In this document: positions 1 to 16,544 of the stretch, piece by piece
How positions within the stretch are numbered: position 1 is the stretch's first letter
How the letters are laid out: each line of letters opens with the position of its first letter
NCBI RefSeq assembly: GCF_009914755.1
Contig: NC_060934.1
Source: the human T2T-CHM13v2.0 reference genome, Homo sapiens
DNA length: 64,000 bases
Reading direction: 5' to 3' (one strand)
Program-made: the position numbers and the translations under genes
Notes under the pieces: model-generated
What the model saw: only the letters and a program-made list of their open reading frames with translations
Database searches by the model: none
What the model was told of the DNA's origin: nothing

Positions 1-1015
1 TGTGTGCCTCTGTCACTAAAGAGACTAGGTGAAAGAATATGAATATGTGATCACAAATTTCTGTATTATTCTCAAAATATCTGACCAAATATCCTTTGAA
101 GGGCCAGTAGATCTCCCCACATCACCATTTGTGGAGCAATATGACATCTAAATATGCTGGCAAGGCAATGATTTTATGTAATGTACCCCCAAAAGAGAGC
201 TAAACTTGCTGCAGAAGAGATTTAGACAGGTGGTGATGTTTTTCTAGAATCATTTCCATAACCTTAAAGTGCCCCCCAGGAACCAGAAGGCATTGGTTTT
301 GAAGTCCACTATTATACCATCTGTCACCTGTAAAGAATAGCCTGGCCCTAGAATGTGAAATTTAACACAGATACTGCTTGCATTAAGCAAAGACCTCATA
401 AATAAGAATGTAATAAAATGGGCCATAGTGACTTAATTTTCACTGCCATTCTTGGTTTGATTATCAAGCCAATCCAAACAGGGACAAAGAATTAGATGAG
501 TATATTGGCTGACTGGGTTGGATATTAAAAAACAACAACGCTAAGCTACCATTTCAGTCCCTACTTAAAAAGCAATAAAAGCAATGATTATACATATTCA
601 TTTACCATTGTTTAAAAATAACAAAGGAGATATTTATGCTGGGAAAAATATAAATGGTGCATCCAGTGACAGCTATCTAAACATGAATCCAGGGACAACA
701 TTGAGATCAGCAGTACACATGACAGGGTAGTCTGAAAATATAAAATGCCCTGAAATCTAGTGACCAACATATAGAGAGAAATATTACTTCATATATTTCT
801 GCTTTTAAAACCCGATGTAATGCAATGATGCTTTAAATTATATCTATCTGAAATAGTTTGCAAGTATATGTTGCTGAACATCCTACTAACTCTGGAAGAA
901 GAGGGCACACCTGCACAGCCTAGATTCATCTGTGGGGCGGTGGCAGTTAACATCAGCAGGAAATAAAAAACAGGGACAGAAAACAGACAGGCTATGATCA
1001 GAATTTGGGAGAATT

Positions 1016-1449
1016 GGCCCAGCGCGGTGGCTCAAGCCTATAATCTCAGCTCTTTGGAAGGCTGAGGCAGGCGGATCACTTGAGGCCAGGAGTTCAAGAC
1101 CAGCCTGGCCAACATGGGAAAACCCCATCTCTACTAAAAATATAAAAATTAGCTGGGTGTAATAGCATGTGCCTGTAACCCCAGCTACTCAAAAGGCTGA
1201 GGCAGGCAGTTCACTTGAGGCCAGGAGTTCAAGACCAGCCTGGCCAACATGGGAAAACTCCATCTCTACTAAAAACACAAAAATTAGCTGGGTGTAATAG
1301 CATGCGCCTGTAACCCCAGCTACTCCAAAGGCTGAGACACGAGAATCTCTTGAAACCAGGAGGCAGAGATTGCAGTGAGCACTCCAGCCTGGGCAACACA
1401 GCAAGACCCTGTCTCAAAAGCAAAACAAAACAAAAGGAAAAACAAACAA
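1016..1449 (+). mobile_element. AluS with internal 135-bp tandem duplication
   Basis: Alu consensus. 1061-1195 is repeated at 1196-1330. TSD AGAATTT(G/T)GGAGAA on both sides. Confidence 0.92.
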
Positions 1450-2154
1450 AGAATTTTGGAGAACCACTTTTTCAAATCATCTGGCCTGCTGAACTCAAGG
1501 CCTTTTCCGACCTTGACCTTTGAGACGACATCACCCTCAGTGCTTCCTGACTCCTCGGTTTCAACACAATGGCAGCTCTAATTCCAAATCCCTCCCAACC
1601 TGCACCTTGCTCTCCTCCAGACCCCAAGTCCTGATCCTGTAAATGGGCCTGCTCATGTCCTGCCAAGTTCTTACCCCAACTGAAGCAAGATTCTAATGTT
1701 GTGTGATCAACAGGTACAAATATCACTAAATTTTTTTCAAGAATTTTTATCTCACACCTCAAGATGATGTACTAAAGGAACTAAGAACAGAGCATGTTCA
1801 AAGCTACCTAGTAAAGAAATCTCTTAATCTGTTGCTACCTAACACAGAAAACATTCAAAGAGTTTCAAATGATTATGGTCTCAGGAGATAGTGGCCAAAA
1901 TAGGAATGATTTCTCTCTTGCAGATTCACACAGGAAATTAATGTTTCACCAGCATCAGTTCAGCCTCAGAACCACTCTAGTAAAAAAGGCACTACTATAA
2001 CTGTTCATTCTGGATGATGGATATATGGATGTTCACTCTACTACTACTTTTGTGAATATTAAAAAACTTTTACTAAAAAAATTTACTAAAACCCATCAAA
2101 TTGTATGCTTTAAAGGTTGAAATTTAAAGGGTGAAATTTGTGATATATAAATTA

Positions 2155-2543
<389 letters not shown>

Positions 2544-4837
2544 TAACTTGTCCTAAGCCAAGTAGGACATTCATGGGAAAATGTACAAATGTGCACAAGA
2601 TCTAAAGCAGCACTTTATACTCTCTAGTCATTCAATTAAGGAGAAAAAATAATGACAAAATCCACTTACTCTCATGCTTTAAAAAGAAAAACTGCAGAGA
2701 CTACCAAAACAGAGCTCAAGAGATAGGCCACAGCTTTTGGTGATTTAGTTCAAGTAGAAATGGGTCTTTGCTAGCTCACTTATGCTTTAATAGATAGTTT
2801 TACTGTGCCTCAAAACCGAAACAAATAAAATGGCAGCTTCATTCATAAACTCCTTGTTGGATCTATAACAGATGGAAACTGAGGCACGATAAAAAAAAAA
2901 AAGTAGGGAGTGCTAGTTGGTTAGAGGAAGGAAAGATAGACTTCTTGTTTTTCTAGAGTGGTCAGGATGCACAAGGACATGCTCTATTTAAGACAAATAA
3001 GGGAAATGATTCCCTTCAAATGATAGCACAATTAAGATGCTAAAATGTCTTAGTAATGGGGGTGAAAGTATTGTTTCTTCTCAGGTACACAAAAAGAAAG
3101 GCACTTAAAATCTCCAGAATAGGCAGAGAAGTAGAAGAAAGTCATTAACTGAATAGAAACAAATGAAAAGGTGGTGATTTTAAGTAACTGGAATGTAACA
3201 AAAGAAAATCCATTGGATTTTAATGCTTTGAACAGTCTCTTTTAAAAACTACAGGTTTGGACACACAGAATTGCATTTCTTTCTCTAGTTTCCGATGTTT
3301 ACAAATTAGTCTACAGACAAAGCAAGACAAGCTTAATTATAACATGAAAATGTAAATGTCAAATTTTGATTGTGTAAAAGTAGTGACAGAACTGATGGAG
3401 CTCAAGAGGTGGAGTGAGAGAAGCTGGGAATAATTAGGGACATTCTTCATCTTACATCCTGGCGAGTCCATAGAGTCCAGGGTTGATAGAACAAGAAGGC
3501 AGGACAGGGTTGGGAGAGGTAGAAGTAGAGGAAGTATGCTAATCTTTATCTTTCACCATAAGGAGTCTGAAGTTAATCAATGAAAAAAGAACAATGTAGA
3601 TTTTTAGGTGTTACCATTTAGAACAAAAGCATTGTTTGAAAGTATTAATTCTGGTATGTAGAACCATTGAGGCTGGATTTTTTTTTAACTTAATATCATC
3701 CAGTATTTTTTTAAAAAAATTTCCCATCATATATGCATTGCTTTTATCATGATTTCTTGATTTTTTTTAAATCACAGAATCCAGAAAACAAAATAATTGC
3801 ATAACAAATGAACACATTAAACACATCTTTCTGCCATCAAAAACATGAATCCATTGGATATAGCAATTTCCCACTTCCATTCAGATGGTTAAATGCCAAC
3901 TTGACTAGCATTCAGGCAGTGTTACATCTTTGCTTCAATGCTAGAAAATAAACTGAAAACAGCCCAAACGGATTAAAGGAAGCTCAACCAAGCTCTTTTC
4001 TTGTTAGGGCATATTTCTATTAATAAAACTAAAGTAAAAAGAAGCAATAAATATCCTGGCCTTGAGTATACTAGATGGATTCCCTATTTTCAGCAAGAAC
4101 AGAGATAGCCATTTCTTAAATAACAGCAAACCTGTTGGCATCAATTTTTAAGTCTTAATTTGAACATACAATGTGCAATTATAAGACGCAGAGAAAGAAT
4201 GTTCGCCAGAAGTATCTAAGAGTGTGTCTAGGCTATACATGGAGAGTCTCTTACAATACAGCAGATGATAGTTTAACATGCATTGACCTGATTCTTAACT
4301 AAGACTGGGAAATGCTAGTATGTGCCTCAAGATTTTAAGAGGACCCATATTTGTTAATTATAAGAAGGACTTTAAAGAATAGGCATTTTAAGCTTTTCCT
4401 ACTCGTAGCATATGCTACATACAAGCAAAGCAGGCGCACTAACACAAATGGACAGTTACAGATTTGAAGCTGAACTTTCTTCCCCCTTCCCTACCTTCTC
4501 TTCGGGAATTTTTTTTTTTTAATTTTGCTTGGGACTGTGTAGGGGACTTCCACCACTTCCCTCGGAAATCTTTCTTACTCTACCGAGGAGGAAATCTGGG
4601 CATTATTAAATCCTGACTCCTTCACATCCTCCTAGGGGACTCAAAATGGAAAATGTTTGAGTATGGAAGGAAGTGGCTGCAGCCTAAAATTTAAATTTAC
4701 AGGAAAATTAGTACTATACTGATTAGATACAGTAACTTGAGACAGTAACTTGGATACTATTAGATACAGTAATTTCAATAGTATATATATACTATATTAG
4801 ATATAGTAACTTGGGATAGCAACTTGGACAGAGCCTA

Positions 4838-5159
<322 letters not shown>

Positions 5160-5268
5160 AGAAATAATAAAAAGTTGTGTTTCTGCTTCTCTGGGGTGAT
5201 ACATAGACTGAAAATCAGGGAAGATACTGTCTTAAGTACTTCGGAAACCATTTACCATAGTGGTATAG

Positions 5269-5636
<368 letters not shown>

Positions 5637-6689
5637 AGCCTATTCTTAATATGAATCCTTGAAGGTAATGAAAGAGCACTAGATCTAAAATCAAAAGAAC
5701 TTCCAATAACTGAGAAGAAATATGTACACCATATGTTAGAAAAAATGGTTAATATCTTTAGGAAGAGAAAGGAGGAACATTCCCTGATCCCTCTACCCCT
5801 CCTCAAAATAATCAAGGAGTTCACAAAATAAGTATATGGATAAAGGTTAGATTTATGACTAATCAAAATCCTGCTAGTTCAAATAATAAGATTCTTTTTG
5901 TTCACCACAAGTAACTGACAGAGATTGTTTGTTGTTAAGTTAAAATCCAGAAGTAGTGAAGGCACCATTACACATTGCTAGTGGAAAACAAGTTGGCAAT
6001 GCCTTTGAATTATGGTATATTCACTCATTGGAATGTTATGCAGTCATAAAAAGCATCCTGTAGAAGTTTCTAGAGACGTGGAGAGCTGTTTAAGGAAAAC
6101 CATAACAAAACATAAGTACAGAATAATTACCTTTTTGTCAATTACATGAAACAAAATCCATAACTTATGGACTTCGATACTTAAGAATTTTTAGGGTAAA
6201 GCAAACCTTAATTCTCATAGATTTTGCTAACCTTGGCAGAAAGCTAGCTTTGACTCTCAAAGCTGACTTCCTTTTAATGAAATATGAATGCTCTAAGATA
6301 AATAAAAAACTACTCTTTTGCGATTTTGCATTATAAAATAAAGGCTCCATTAAGTATCCCTTGAAAGACCCTGGATATTTTTAATTGCTACGTGTTAATT
6401 TCACTTTAAACATTATAAAAGCAGTTAGCTAACTGCAAAATGCCAAAGTCTCTCTAAGGACTAAAAATGGCCAAAAGTACACTTTGGATACTCCATCTAC
6501 AAAAAAAGAGGGAAGATGCAATTGATCTTTGTGCCCCATCACTGCATTATTTGAGTTCATTTCCAACAATTTATAAGCAAAACAAAGATGAAAACATTCT
6601 CATCTGCACTCCTCATATCACCTACTTTCACAGGCAGAATACCCAGACCAGCAACTTGAATAAGAAAACAAATCTCTTCCTGATGCAGT

Positions 6690-7150
<461 letters not shown>

Positions 7151-8429
7151 TGTTTTTGTAATTATTACCATTACTACTACTACTAATAAGTAGTATACGT
7201 TTAAAATTAATATGGTTATATTTGAGGGTATAAGTAGTAGCATTAATACGGTTAAAGCAAATTGCAACTAGGAAAAGCAACTTCAAGGTAATTTGCCTAA
7301 AAGTGAAGATTTAGAATAGCTTCTAGAATTAATGGTTTATATTCTACTGGTGTTGATTCTGGGGCAATGAGGTTAGATATTATTAGGGTTCTGGACAGTG
7401 TGCCCTCAGTAAATGGAAGAACTCTCAGAGTAAGTAACTCAATTAGCTATTAAAGGTGTCATATATTTTGGAACTCAGAAACATTAAAGGTCACTAGTAG
7501 AACCACTTGTACTTTTTGGAGTTCAAACTGCCAGATTCAGACACACTGCCAGATTTCTTGCATAAATTAGATATAACCATCTTGGATCTTTCTGTGGAGT
7601 AATTTGTTTTTTAAACTCAATTTTAAATCAGTCCAAGTGGTAGATAATAAATATTTTAGTTATTTGTCTTCTCTATTTTTTTCCTTCTCTCAAGCATGAG
7701 GAGTTCTTGAACCTCTAAAAATCAAATCATTCCTCTTTCAAAACTTTTCTGGGGAAGTTACTGTGTTAGTCAATAGTATATTTCAAAAACGAAAACCTCA
7801 AAGTTGTGTTAAAGATCCAGCCTGGCTGAGCGAGACTGTCAGCTGTGGCTGCCTCCTGTTCTCCATCACAGCTCTTCTGTTGTAAGGGTTGATATGCAGG
7901 GGAGAGGATGGCTCTGGTTTTCAGCCTTGCCACATGAACAAGGTCTAACCTTCATAAAAAGATGGGCTAATGTAAAAGAAAAAAAAAGCTGCCTTCTGGA
8001 GGGACTTTCCAAAACATACAAAACATAAAGCACACGTAGGGCTTCCCTGGGAACCCAAGACAAAGTGAGACAAGAAGTTGGGGAGAAGAGTCTCATTTCT
8101 GTATGAACCACCAGGAATGCAGCCTGTAATGGCAGCCTAAGTTGGCCTCTTGGGAGACCATGAGATGTGGCGTGGGCGTAGAAGCAGAAGTTTCGTGATG
8201 GGACCACAGTTCTGTTGGTGTTATATCACAGGCCTCATTCTGGGAACACTCTCTAGGGAGAAGGCAATATAAAATTGCAGTGAAGCACCTGTGCTTTGGA
8301 GGTAGACTCAAACTTAGTTAGATTGGATTCAAGTACAAGGAAAATCAAGGTTTTCCTGCTATCTCACTGGCCATTTATTCTCAGGCTCTATTCTATCTCT
8401 TCTTCCCCTGATCAACCTCTAAACTTTAC

Positions 8430-8830
<401 letters not shown>

Positions 8831-8889
8831 GGGAGCAGGCAGGGCATGAAGCAACACCAGGCTCTGGGCCATTTTTGGGTAGCATCATT

Positions 8890-9375
8890 CTTTTAGAGAA
8901 TGTGTCCCATCTACATGCTCTTCCTAGCTGACAAATTCCCAATTGAAAGCTCCCACCTTGACCCTGCCCTGACATAAGGACTCGGGTGTCCAGTTGCTGG
9001 CCTGACCACCCCCTTGGATGTCTCAGAGGCATCTCAAACTGGCATGTGCAAACAGAACTCTTGATGTTATTTGCACTCCAAAACCTGTTCTCTCAATTGC
9101 CCCTCTCCCCAGATAGGGAGAAACAGCACCACAACCCCTGCTTCCCTCTCCCAGGTGCTCTCTCTCTCCTTCAGTCTCTATCCACTCCACCAGCAATTCT
9201 TGTCAATCCCCCCTCCAAAATATGCCACTAATTGGTCTGCTTGTCCTCCTCCACTGCCCCACCCTCTCCTCCAAGCCACAATCCTACTTCCTCTACATCA
9301 CTGAAAAAGAGTCTATTCTCTTAACTACAATGCTATCCTGCCTGACACGTAGTAAGGACTCCACAAATGGTTAAC
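8890..9375 (+). mobile_element. L2 fragment
   Basis: L2-like ttggatgtctcagaggcatctcaaact..aaacagaactcttgat; pyrimidine-rich. Confidence 0.7.
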
Positions 9376-9390
9376 TTAAAAATATTTCCT

Positions 9391-10065
<675 letters not shown>

Positions 10066-10109
10066 TCAAAATAAGAGAAAGGTCTTCTAGATATAGACAA
10101 ATCATGTTT

Positions 10110-11190
10110 GTATATGTTTATTGGGTACTATGTGGTGTTACAAATTTGAATACAGTGTGGAAAGATTAAATTAAGCTATTAACATATATATCACCTCAAT
10201 ATTTAACTTGATAAGAACATTAGAAATGTACTGTCCTGGCAATATTGAAATGTACAGAACTCAATTATTAGCTATATTCACATGCTCCGCCACTGATCTA
10301 AAAAAAAATCCAACTGAGGCTTTGTACCCTTTGACGACTATCATCTCCCCATTCCTCTTACCCTACCCCAGCCTCAGTAACCACCATTCTACTCTCTGCT
10401 TCTATGAGTTCAATTATTTTAGATTCCACATATAAGCAGGAACGTGTGGTACTTGCCTTTCAGTGTCTGGCTTATTTCACTTAGCATTGTGTTCTCCAAT
10501 TCCATCCATATTGTTGCATATGACAGAATTTCTTCCTTTTATAAGGGTGAATAGTATTCTATTATGTACGTATACCACGTCTTTATTCATCCATCCCTTG
10601 ATGAACACTTAGGTTGATTCCATAACTTGGCTATTGTGAATAGTGCAGCAATGATCATGGGAGTGAGGCTATTTCTTTGACATAGCGATTTCAAATCTTT
10701 TTGGTTCATATGGTAATTTTATTTTTAGTTTCTGGAGGAACCTCCATACTGTTTTCTATAATGGTTGTACTAATTTACATTCCCACCAACAGCTTACAAG
10801 AAAGGGTTTTCACCACATCCTCACCAACGCTCATCTTCTGTCTTTTTGATAACAGCTATTCTAACAGGTGTGAGGTGATATTTCATTGTAGTTATAATCT
10901 GCATCTCCCTAATGAGTAGTGATGTTGGGCATTTTGCATCTGTTAGTCATTTGTATGTCTTCTTTTGAGCAATGTCTATTCATATCCTTTACCGATTTCT
11001 TAATTGGATTATTTCTTTTCTGCTTATAGAGTTATTTGAGGTCCTTATATATTTTGGATATTAAACTCTTATTAAGGGTATTAATAAACCCTTATTTTGG
11101 ATATTAAGCCCTTTGTATGACTTGCAAATATTTTCTCCCAAACCATAGATTGTTTCTTCACTCTGCTAATTGTTTTCTTTGATGTGTAGA
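10110..11190 (-). mobile_element. L1MA-type LINE-1 3' fragment
   Basis: Reverse L1 3'UTR/ORF2 end (cttatttcacttagcat, ggttgtactaatttacattcccaccaacag, aacaggtgtgaggtgata). Confidence 0.88.
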
Positions 11191-11249
11191 AGGAAAAGTC
11201 TTCATAGCATATCAAATGATCCTTAAAAAACAGACACCATTTTTTCACA

Positions 11250-11750
11250 AATTGGTGAAGAAAAGGGCATTCCAGGTGGAAACAGAATCAAAAGCACAGT
11301 TTGGGAAAGATGAACAGTCTAGCTTGACTTAAGCAAATATTCCAAAGACAGAAAAGTGAAGTGGGCCATCCAGGCCATGAAGATCCCCAAATGCTGAGAT
11401 TGAGGAATCTGGAGGCAGCTCCACAGACCACGGGGACATGGAAGCTTTCTGCATGGGAGAGCCAGGCAGCCATGGCCAAGCTGTAGGAAGGTCGTATCTG
11501 CTGTGTGTGCCTGTCTCTCCGCTCTGCTCTATGTGTATACGTGCCCAAAGAGTTCATCTCTTCCCTCCTGGTACACATCACAAAAAAGCCCTGAATGCCA
11601 GAGTAGAAGAATCTGCAGCTAATTCCAGAGGCAATGGGGAGTTGTAGAAGCTTTTTTATATAGGGGAGTCACATGGTCAAGGCCAAGCTGTCGAAAATGG
11701 ATTTGATAGTTATACACAGAATAGACTAGAAAGGGAAGAGACAGGTGATA
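11250..11750 (-). mobile_element. L2 fragment containing a local duplication
   Basis: Purine-rich L2-like motifs (gcattccaggtgga; ggcaatggggag..gaag..gggagtcacatggtc). Confidence 0.55.
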
Positions 11751-11869
11751 TTGATAACAGTTGTGCAAGTATACAAATGATCCAGTTTACAATTCTAATT
11801 GCTTTCTTTATATGTCCTCAAAGTCTACAAAGAGCATTACATGAAGTTAATTATTTAAAAGCCATTGAA

Positions 11870-12169
<300 letters not shown>

Positions 12170-12758
12170 GTCACTGAAAACAATAGCATATAACATCTGA
12201 ATTACTGAACCACCAAATGGATGGGAAAAAAATCACAAACCATAAGAACCCCTGTGTTTGAATAATTCTCTTTTTTTTTTCCTTGCTGTCTTCAGGAAAA
12301 AGAATAATTCTCATTTTAATAGGACTCATGAAGTAAGTTTGGAGAAGTAGGCTGACTAGATTTATCTCTAATATTTTTGAGTTCTTAAAAAGCATACATA
12401 ATGGTAAACAGACATGAAATTAGATACCATCTGCGGTTGGCCAGCTTATAATCTGCAATCTATACAAAAGTGACCCAGAAGGAAGAGAGCAGTTCAATTC
12501 TGCAAGTATGCTTCTACTGTCAGACACACAGAGCCTGACACAAAGACAACAATGAAAATGTTATCTGTGCCTGTTTTAATATAGCCCTGAGTCTTCAGAA
12601 GGCTTATCTGCTGTGTGTGCCTGTCTGTCTGCTCTGTTTGATGTGTATGCATGTCCAATAAGTTCATTTCTCCCCTCCATTTTGCCTGTTTCAAAAAAAA
12701 AAAAAGTAAAACATCCCAGAGCATAACACAAAATACCATGCAAGGACAGCAACAGAAG

Positions 12759-13082
12759 TTTTTTTTTTTCTTTTTTTTTTTTTTAGTGATGAGGTCTTTC
12801 TTTATCACCCAGACTGGAGTGCAGTGACATGATCATAGCTCAGTGCAGCCTCAAACTCCTAGGCTCTAGCAACCCTCCTGTCTCAGCCTCCTTAGTAGCT
12901 GGGACTACAGACATTCACCACCACACCCAGCTAATTTTATTTTTTAATGTTTTTTGTAGAGACGGGGGTCTCCCTATGTTGCTATGTTGCCCAGGCTGGC
13001 CTCAAACTCCCGGCTTCAAGCGATCCTTCTGCCTTGGCCTCCCAAAGTGCTGGGATTATAGCCATGAGCCATCTCACCCAGC
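12759..13082 (-). mobile_element. AluJ
   Basis: Reverse Alu with J diagnostics (gatcatagctca, cagcctcaaactcct). Confidence 0.9.
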
Positions 13083-13552
13083 AAGCGGCTGAGATTTTTG
13101 ACAGCAGACATACCTGCACGTAATCTCTGTCCCAGGGGATTTATGTCTAGCTCAAATAACGTGCTAGAATTAAGAATGCCTAACAATTTAATCTATATAC
13201 CATTCCAAAATTCATGCGTATACTGAAAACATAATGATTTATGGTCAGACACCTTGCTTTCTAAACTTAGTCACATACTTCACAGGGTGGTTATCTCACT
13301 TCGCAGCTTTTCCTTTCTGAGGCCAGAAAAGGAAGGGGTTTGCCTTCCTCTAGTATTTATTCTTCTGGACTACATCAAGTACTCTAAGCCTGATGTTAGG
13401 CAATAACTGCCCATTAGCCATTGGCTACATTTGCCTCTTTCTTGTTCCAACAATATTAGTGATCTGTGGTACAGGACACATTCTTTGTTTGCTAGCTACA
13501 AATTCTAACAAAGCTAAGTTTTATTCATGTAGTTATTCACAAATTAAAACAA

Positions 13553-13554
13553 CA

Positions 13555-13606
<52 letters not shown>
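13553..13606. repeat. (CA)n microsatellite
   Basis: Direct reading. Confidence 0.97.
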
Positions 13607-13607
<1 letters not shown>

Positions 13608-13719
13608 ACAAAACCCAGAGATCACCAAATACTATATAAATAAACAAGCCCAAAGTCACAGATCAGGGGTACTCGTGATTTCTTTAAGGAGATACTCTCT
13701 TCAGGTCAACATTTAACCA

Positions 13720-14280
13720 AGTGGATTCCTCTGCTCAACACCCTTGAGTGGTTGTCGTTTCACTCAGTAAAAGCCAAAGTCCTCAAGGTGGTTCACAAGA
13801 TAGCACATGACTGCTCCCCCACGCCCCACCATCTCTCTGCCCTCCCCTCCTACTGGCCTCGCTGTGCCCTAAACACTCCAAGCACATTCCCAACTCAGGG
13901 CCTTTGCAATTGCTCTTCCCTCTGCCTAGAATACTCTCACTCCAGATACTCCCATAGCTCGCTTTCTCCGCTCCTTCTCTTTGTTTAAATGTCACCTTCT
14001 CCATGAAGCCTTCCCTGATCATGCCCATCCCAGACCCTCCATCCCCGATCCCTGCTTTGTTTTCTCCATAGCACCCATCACTATCTGATATGCTATGTAT
14101 TTTACCTACTTATATTTCATAAATATAACTGTTACATAAATAAAATAAAGTAACTCCAAACATAAGCTGCCTAGAAACTTCCACTGGCAAGGATTTTTTT
14201 TTAAAAATCTGTTGTGTGCACTGCTACAGCTACTGCTCCTAAAACAGCAGGTGCTTAATAAATATTTGTGGAATGAATGT
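13720..14280 (+). mobile_element. L2a 3' end
   Basis: agtaaaagccaaagtcct, cagggcctttgca..tccctctgcctagaa, ending gtgcttaataaatatttgtggaatgaatg. Confidence 0.85.
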
Positions 14281-15624
14281 AGTAGGTGGTAGGCATACAG
14301 AGATGACTAAAATAATACTGTTCCTACTATTCAGATGGTAACAGTATCCACAAATATTGTTCCCTAAATAAAATCAAGCCTGTCAAATTATCTCCACTAT
14401 GGTCTTTGACAGTCTGGTGATACAGTTAACTTGACTGAATCGTTACCAACCCTTCTTTAGAGAAATAAATTTAAACACTTTCCATAATCTCCATAACAAG
14501 TATTCATATAAGAATAATCTAGTTTAAGCAGAATACAAAACCCAAGAAACACTAGGAAATAGATTTGATAAGGACAGCTTAGGAAAGTAAAAAGGTTGTT
14601 GATAATATTCTCAACTGGGCTGAAGGTGGATAGAATATATCCTTTCTGCCATAGCTCTATTTGTCAATGTTCATAACCTCCAAAAGCAAACTACTGAATT
14701 TTAAAAGTATATTACATATGACAACAATTCCCTATAAAACATCTTTCTCCCAGCATTTTAACAAATGAAATATGTGTCCACTCAATGCCATCCCTTTTTT
14801 ATGACCTAGTCAAACAGTAAGATAGTAAAAATATTTTTTCCAAAGAAATTGTCCTAACAGGCATTAAAGTCTTATTTTATAGATTTCATTTAACATCTCA
14901 CATCAAAATATTCATAAAGAACATTTTTCCTGCAATGAATAATACAAAAGTAGAAATCACTGTGTTTATTATAGAACAGCCAATAAGTGTGTAAGAGCAT
15001 TTTCCCCTGAGTTCTCTATTAATAATTCCTTTTCTTAATTGAGTAGGATGTTGTATAATTTGCCTATCAGGATTCTGAAGACTGAAGTGCTTAATGAAGA
15101 ATCTGCCTTAACTAACAAATTTATCAAAAGGAAGAGAAAGAAAAAATATTCAGTCGCTGATGCTTTACTGCAAAGTCAAAAAACTATAAACAAGTGCTGC
15201 TTGGAATGTGAATGAATACCCAAAGAGGTAATCCTCACTTCCAAAATTCTCATTTTTGCCATTTTCTCATTGCTCTTTGCCAAAAAACATTGGGGAGTTG
15301 TTTGTACCAGAAACGTTAGGAGGCATGGGAAGAAAAAGAGAAGATACTGACATTTTTCTAGTCCTTTCTACTCCATACAAAAGATGTAAGTCTGAGAAAA
15401 AGAAAGAAAAATAAATAAATAAAAGATATAATTTAAATTATTTTATAAATTACACACGATAGTCTTATATTAAGTCTCATCGGCCAATGCTTCTAAATAA
15501 ATTCATTCAATAAACTTAATGAATATCAAACAACACTCTCCAAGAGAAAATTGGCCCTCTGTTAGTTTTAAGTTTGGACTCCCTAACTAGAATATGTCAC
15601 AAGCATCATTAAAAATGGCATACA

Positions 15625-16142
<518 letters not shown>

Positions 16143-16544
16143 TCAAGTAACATTACATAAGAGGCTGCCAGTCTCTCTCCTGTCTACTGGAACTCCAGCC
16201 AAGATGATGCATTACAGGAATTGAGTCAAAGTAAAATTGAGTCATCTGATCTGGAAATTCATTTTTAGTTTCAGGTCTTGTAAGTGGAAGAGTCTTCTGA
16301 GGTCATCTAAGGAATAGAGGGGACTAGGGATGGGGAATGGAGGTCCCGGAGGGCACTCTGTTGTATGGTGTGTCCATGACCACACAGCTGGAAGAGAAGA
16401 GCTCAAGCTAGAATTCAAGTCTCCTAACTCCTTGTCCAACTCTTTCCACTAGAACGTACTGTCCCCTGTTGAGTATGTGCCATTTTGATTATTTTTAAGT
16501 AGGGACCTTTGGACGCAACCTTAAAAAGAATGAATTCTCAGGTT

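Noticed and set aside
7797-7866. Minus-strand ATG ORF MENRRQPQLTVSLSQAGSLTQL
   Set aside because: It stops after 22 codons with no convincing splice donor.
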